Assembly (NCBI GenBank): GCA_964016885.1
Contig: OZ024740.1
Span: forward strand, 18,414,001 to 18,478,000
Length of the DNA stretch: 64,000 nt
Source of the DNA: Eledone cirrhosa
Lineage: Eukaryota
Reading direction: 5' to 3'
Shown here: piece after piece, positions 61,751-64,000 of the stretch
How the letters are laid out: every line of letters begins with the position of its first letter
How positions within the stretch are numbered: the first letter of the stretch is position 1
Notes under the pieces: generated by a model
Databases searched by the model: none
Told to the model about the DNA's origin: nothing
Seen by the model: only the letters and a program-made list of their open reading frames with translations
Program-made: the position numbers and the translations under genes

Positions 61751-64000
61751 CGCCAGTTTCAGTAGTCACTGGTGCAGTAATACGTCAGTTTCAGTAGTCA
61801 GTGGTGCAGTAATACGCCAGTTTCAGTAGTCAGTGGTGCAGTAATACGCCAGTTTCAGTAGTCACTGGTGCAGTAATACGCCAGTTTCAGTAGTCACTGG
61901 TGCAGTAATACGTCAGTTTCAGTAGTCACTGGTGCAGTAATACGCCAGTTTCAGTAGTCACTGGTGCAGTAATACGTCAGTTTCAGTAGTCAGTGGTGCA
62001 GTAATACGTCAGTTTCAGTAGTCACTGGTGCAGTAATACGCCAGTTTCAGTAGTCAGTGGTGCAGTAATACGCCAGTTTCAGTAGTCAGTGGTGCAGTAA
62101 TACGTCAGTTTCAGTAGTCACTGGTGCAGTAATACGTCAGTTTCAGTAGTCAGTGGTGCAGTAATACGTCAGTTTCAGTAGTCAGTGGTGCAGTAACACG
62201 TCAGTTTCAGTAGTCACTGGTGCAGTAATGCGTCAGTTTCAGTAGTCAGTGGTGCAGTAATACGTCAGTTTCAGTAGTCACTGGTGCAGTAATACGTCAG
62301 TTTCAGTAGTCACTGGTGCAGTAATACGCCAGTTTCAGTAGTCACTGGTGCAGTAATACGTCAGTTTCAGTAGTCAGTGGTGCAGTAATACGTCAGTTTC
62401 AGTAGTCAGTGGTGCAGTAATACGTCAGTTTCAGTAGTCACTGGTGCAGTAATACGTCAGTTTCAGTAGTCAGTGGTGCAGTAATACGTCAGTTTCAGTA
62501 GTCACTGGTGCAGTAATACGTCAGTTTCAGTAGTCACTGGTGCAGTAATACGCCAGTTTCAGTAGTCACTGGTGCAGTAATACGTCAGTTTCAGTAGTCA
62601 GTGGTGCAGTAATACGTCAGTTTCAGTAGTCACTGGTGCAGTAATACGCCAGTTTCAGTAGTCAGTGGTGCAGTAATACGCCAGTTTCAGTAGTCAGTGG
62701 TGCAGTAATACGTCAGTTTCAGTAGTCACTGGTGCAGTAATACGTCAGTTTCAGTAGTCAGTGGTGCAGTAATACGTCAGTTTCAGTAGTCAGTGGTGCA
62801 GTAACACGTCAGTTTCAGTAGTCACTGGTGCAGTAATACGTCAGTTTCAGTAGTCAGTGGTGCAGTAATACGTCAGTTTCAGTAGTCAGTGGTGCAGTAA
62901 TACGCCAGTTTCAGTAGTCAGTGGTGCAGTAATACGCCAGTTTCAGTAGTCAGTGGTGCAGTAACACGTCAGTTTCAGTAGTCACTGGTGCAGTAATACG
63001 TCAGTTTCAGTAGTCAGTGGTGCAGTAATACGCAGTTTCAGTAGTCAGTGGTGCAGTAACACGTCAGTTTCAGTAGTCACTGGTGCAGTAATACGTCAGT
63101 TTCAGTAGTCAGTGGTGCAGTAATACGTCAGTTTCAGTAGTCAGTGGTGCAGTAATACGTCAGTTTCAGTAGTCAGTGGTGCAGTAATACGTCAGTTTCA
63201 GTAGTCACTGGTGCAGTAATACGTCAGTTTCAGTAGTCAGTGGTGCAGTAATACGCCAGTTTCAGTAGTCAGTGGTGCAGTAATACGTCAGTTTCAGTAG
63301 TCACTGGTGCAGTAATACGTCAGTTTCAGTAGTCAGTGGTGCAGTAATACGTCAGTTTCAGTAGTCAGTGGTGCAGTAATACGTCAGTTTCAGTAGTCAC
63401 TGGTGCAGTAATACGTCAGTTTCAGTAGTCAGTGGTGCAGTAATACGCCAGTTTCAGTAGTCAGTGGTGCAGTAATACGTCAGTTTCAGTAGTCAGTGGT
63501 GCAGTAATACGTCAGTTTCAGTAGTCACTGGTGCAGTAATACGTCAGTTTCAGTAGTCAGTGGTGCAGTAATACGTCAGTTTCAGTAGTCAGTGGTGCAG
63601 TAATACGTCAGTTTCAGTAGTCAGTGGTGCAGTAATACGCCAGTTTCAGTAGTCACTGGTGCAGTAATACGTCAGTTTCAGTAGTCAGTGGTGCAGTAAT
63701 ACGCCAGTTTCAGTAGTCACTGGTGCAGTAATACGCCAGTTTCAGTAGTCACTGGTGCAGTAATACGTCAGTTTCAGTAGTCAGTGGTGCAGTAATACGT
63801 CAGTTTCAGTAGTCAGTGGTGCAGTAATACGTCAGTTTCAGTAGTCACTGGTGCAGTAATACGTCAGTTTCAGTAGTCACTGGTGCAGTAATACGTCAGT
63901 TTCAGTAGTCAGTGGTGCAGTAATACGCCAGTTTCAGTAGTCACTGGTGCAGTAATACGCCAGTTTCAGTAGTCACTGGTGCAGTAATACGCCAGTTTCA

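Larger units (their letters stand above)
2664..64000. repeat. Satellite DNA array, 32-bp monomer CAGTAATACG[T/C]CAGTTTCAGTAGTCA[G/C]TGGT[G/T], ~1,917 head-to-tail copies, truncated by the window end
   Basis: TGCAGTAATA recurs at 2701, 2733 and onward, and line phase repeats every 480 bp (15 x 32). All monomers have one orientation and I saw no foreign insertion. The monomer is ~44% GC with one CpG. Confidence 0.99.

Noticed and set aside
2664-64000. CRISPR array (32-bp repeat length is CRISPR-like)
   Set aside because: Monomers are directly adjacent with no unique spacers, there are no cas genes, and the context is eukaryotic.
2664-64000. Giant repetitive protein via an alternative genetic code or readthrough (consensus minus strand has only TGA stops, plus strand only TAA/TAG; one minus frame reads APVTTETDVLL, mucin-like)
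   Set aside because: 32 is not a multiple of 3, so every frame hits stops within 96 bp. Common variants are non-synonymous in the mucin-like frame, and many duplication sizes (95, 25, 43, 31, 172, 173 monomers) do not preserve a 3-monomer frame.
2664-64000. Telomerase-type telomeric repeat
   Set aside because: No TTAGGG/TTAGG-like G-rich core. Kilobase-scale duplications of variant patterns indicate recombination or replication-based turnover rather than templated addition.

Overview
Eukaryotic, non-coding window. Bases 1-2663 are AT-rich unique or low-complexity DNA: (AT)n, CT-rich and (CA)n/(ATAC)n microsatellites, a ~265-bp fold-back element (756-1022), a perfect 20-bp GC-rich palindrome (384-403) and a short fragment resembling a cephalopod SINE. 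From ~2664 to the window end (about 61.3 kb, ~1,917 monomers) there is one uninterrupted head-to-tail satellite array with a 32-bp monomer, CAGTAATACG[T/C]CAGTTTCAGTAGTCA[G/C]TGGT[G/T]. The monomer is built from four CAGT-led sub-repeats. Rare variants used as markers reveal nested tandem duplications (96, 160, 384, 800, 992, ~1280, 1376, 3040, 5504, 5536, 6240 and ~9,400-9,700 bp), a nascent ~5.5-kb higher-order repeat in the right half, and a left/right split in variant content near 39 kb. A cluster of 1-bp indels at 18.3-21.8 kb looks like consensus error. I find no credible protein-coding gene, RNA gene or CRISPR array; the supplied ORFs are microsatellite artefacts or unsupported. The octopus/cephalopod origin is a recall-based guess, not established. 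I cannot support a new gene-based system; the interest lies in the satellite architecture and the flanking hairpin.
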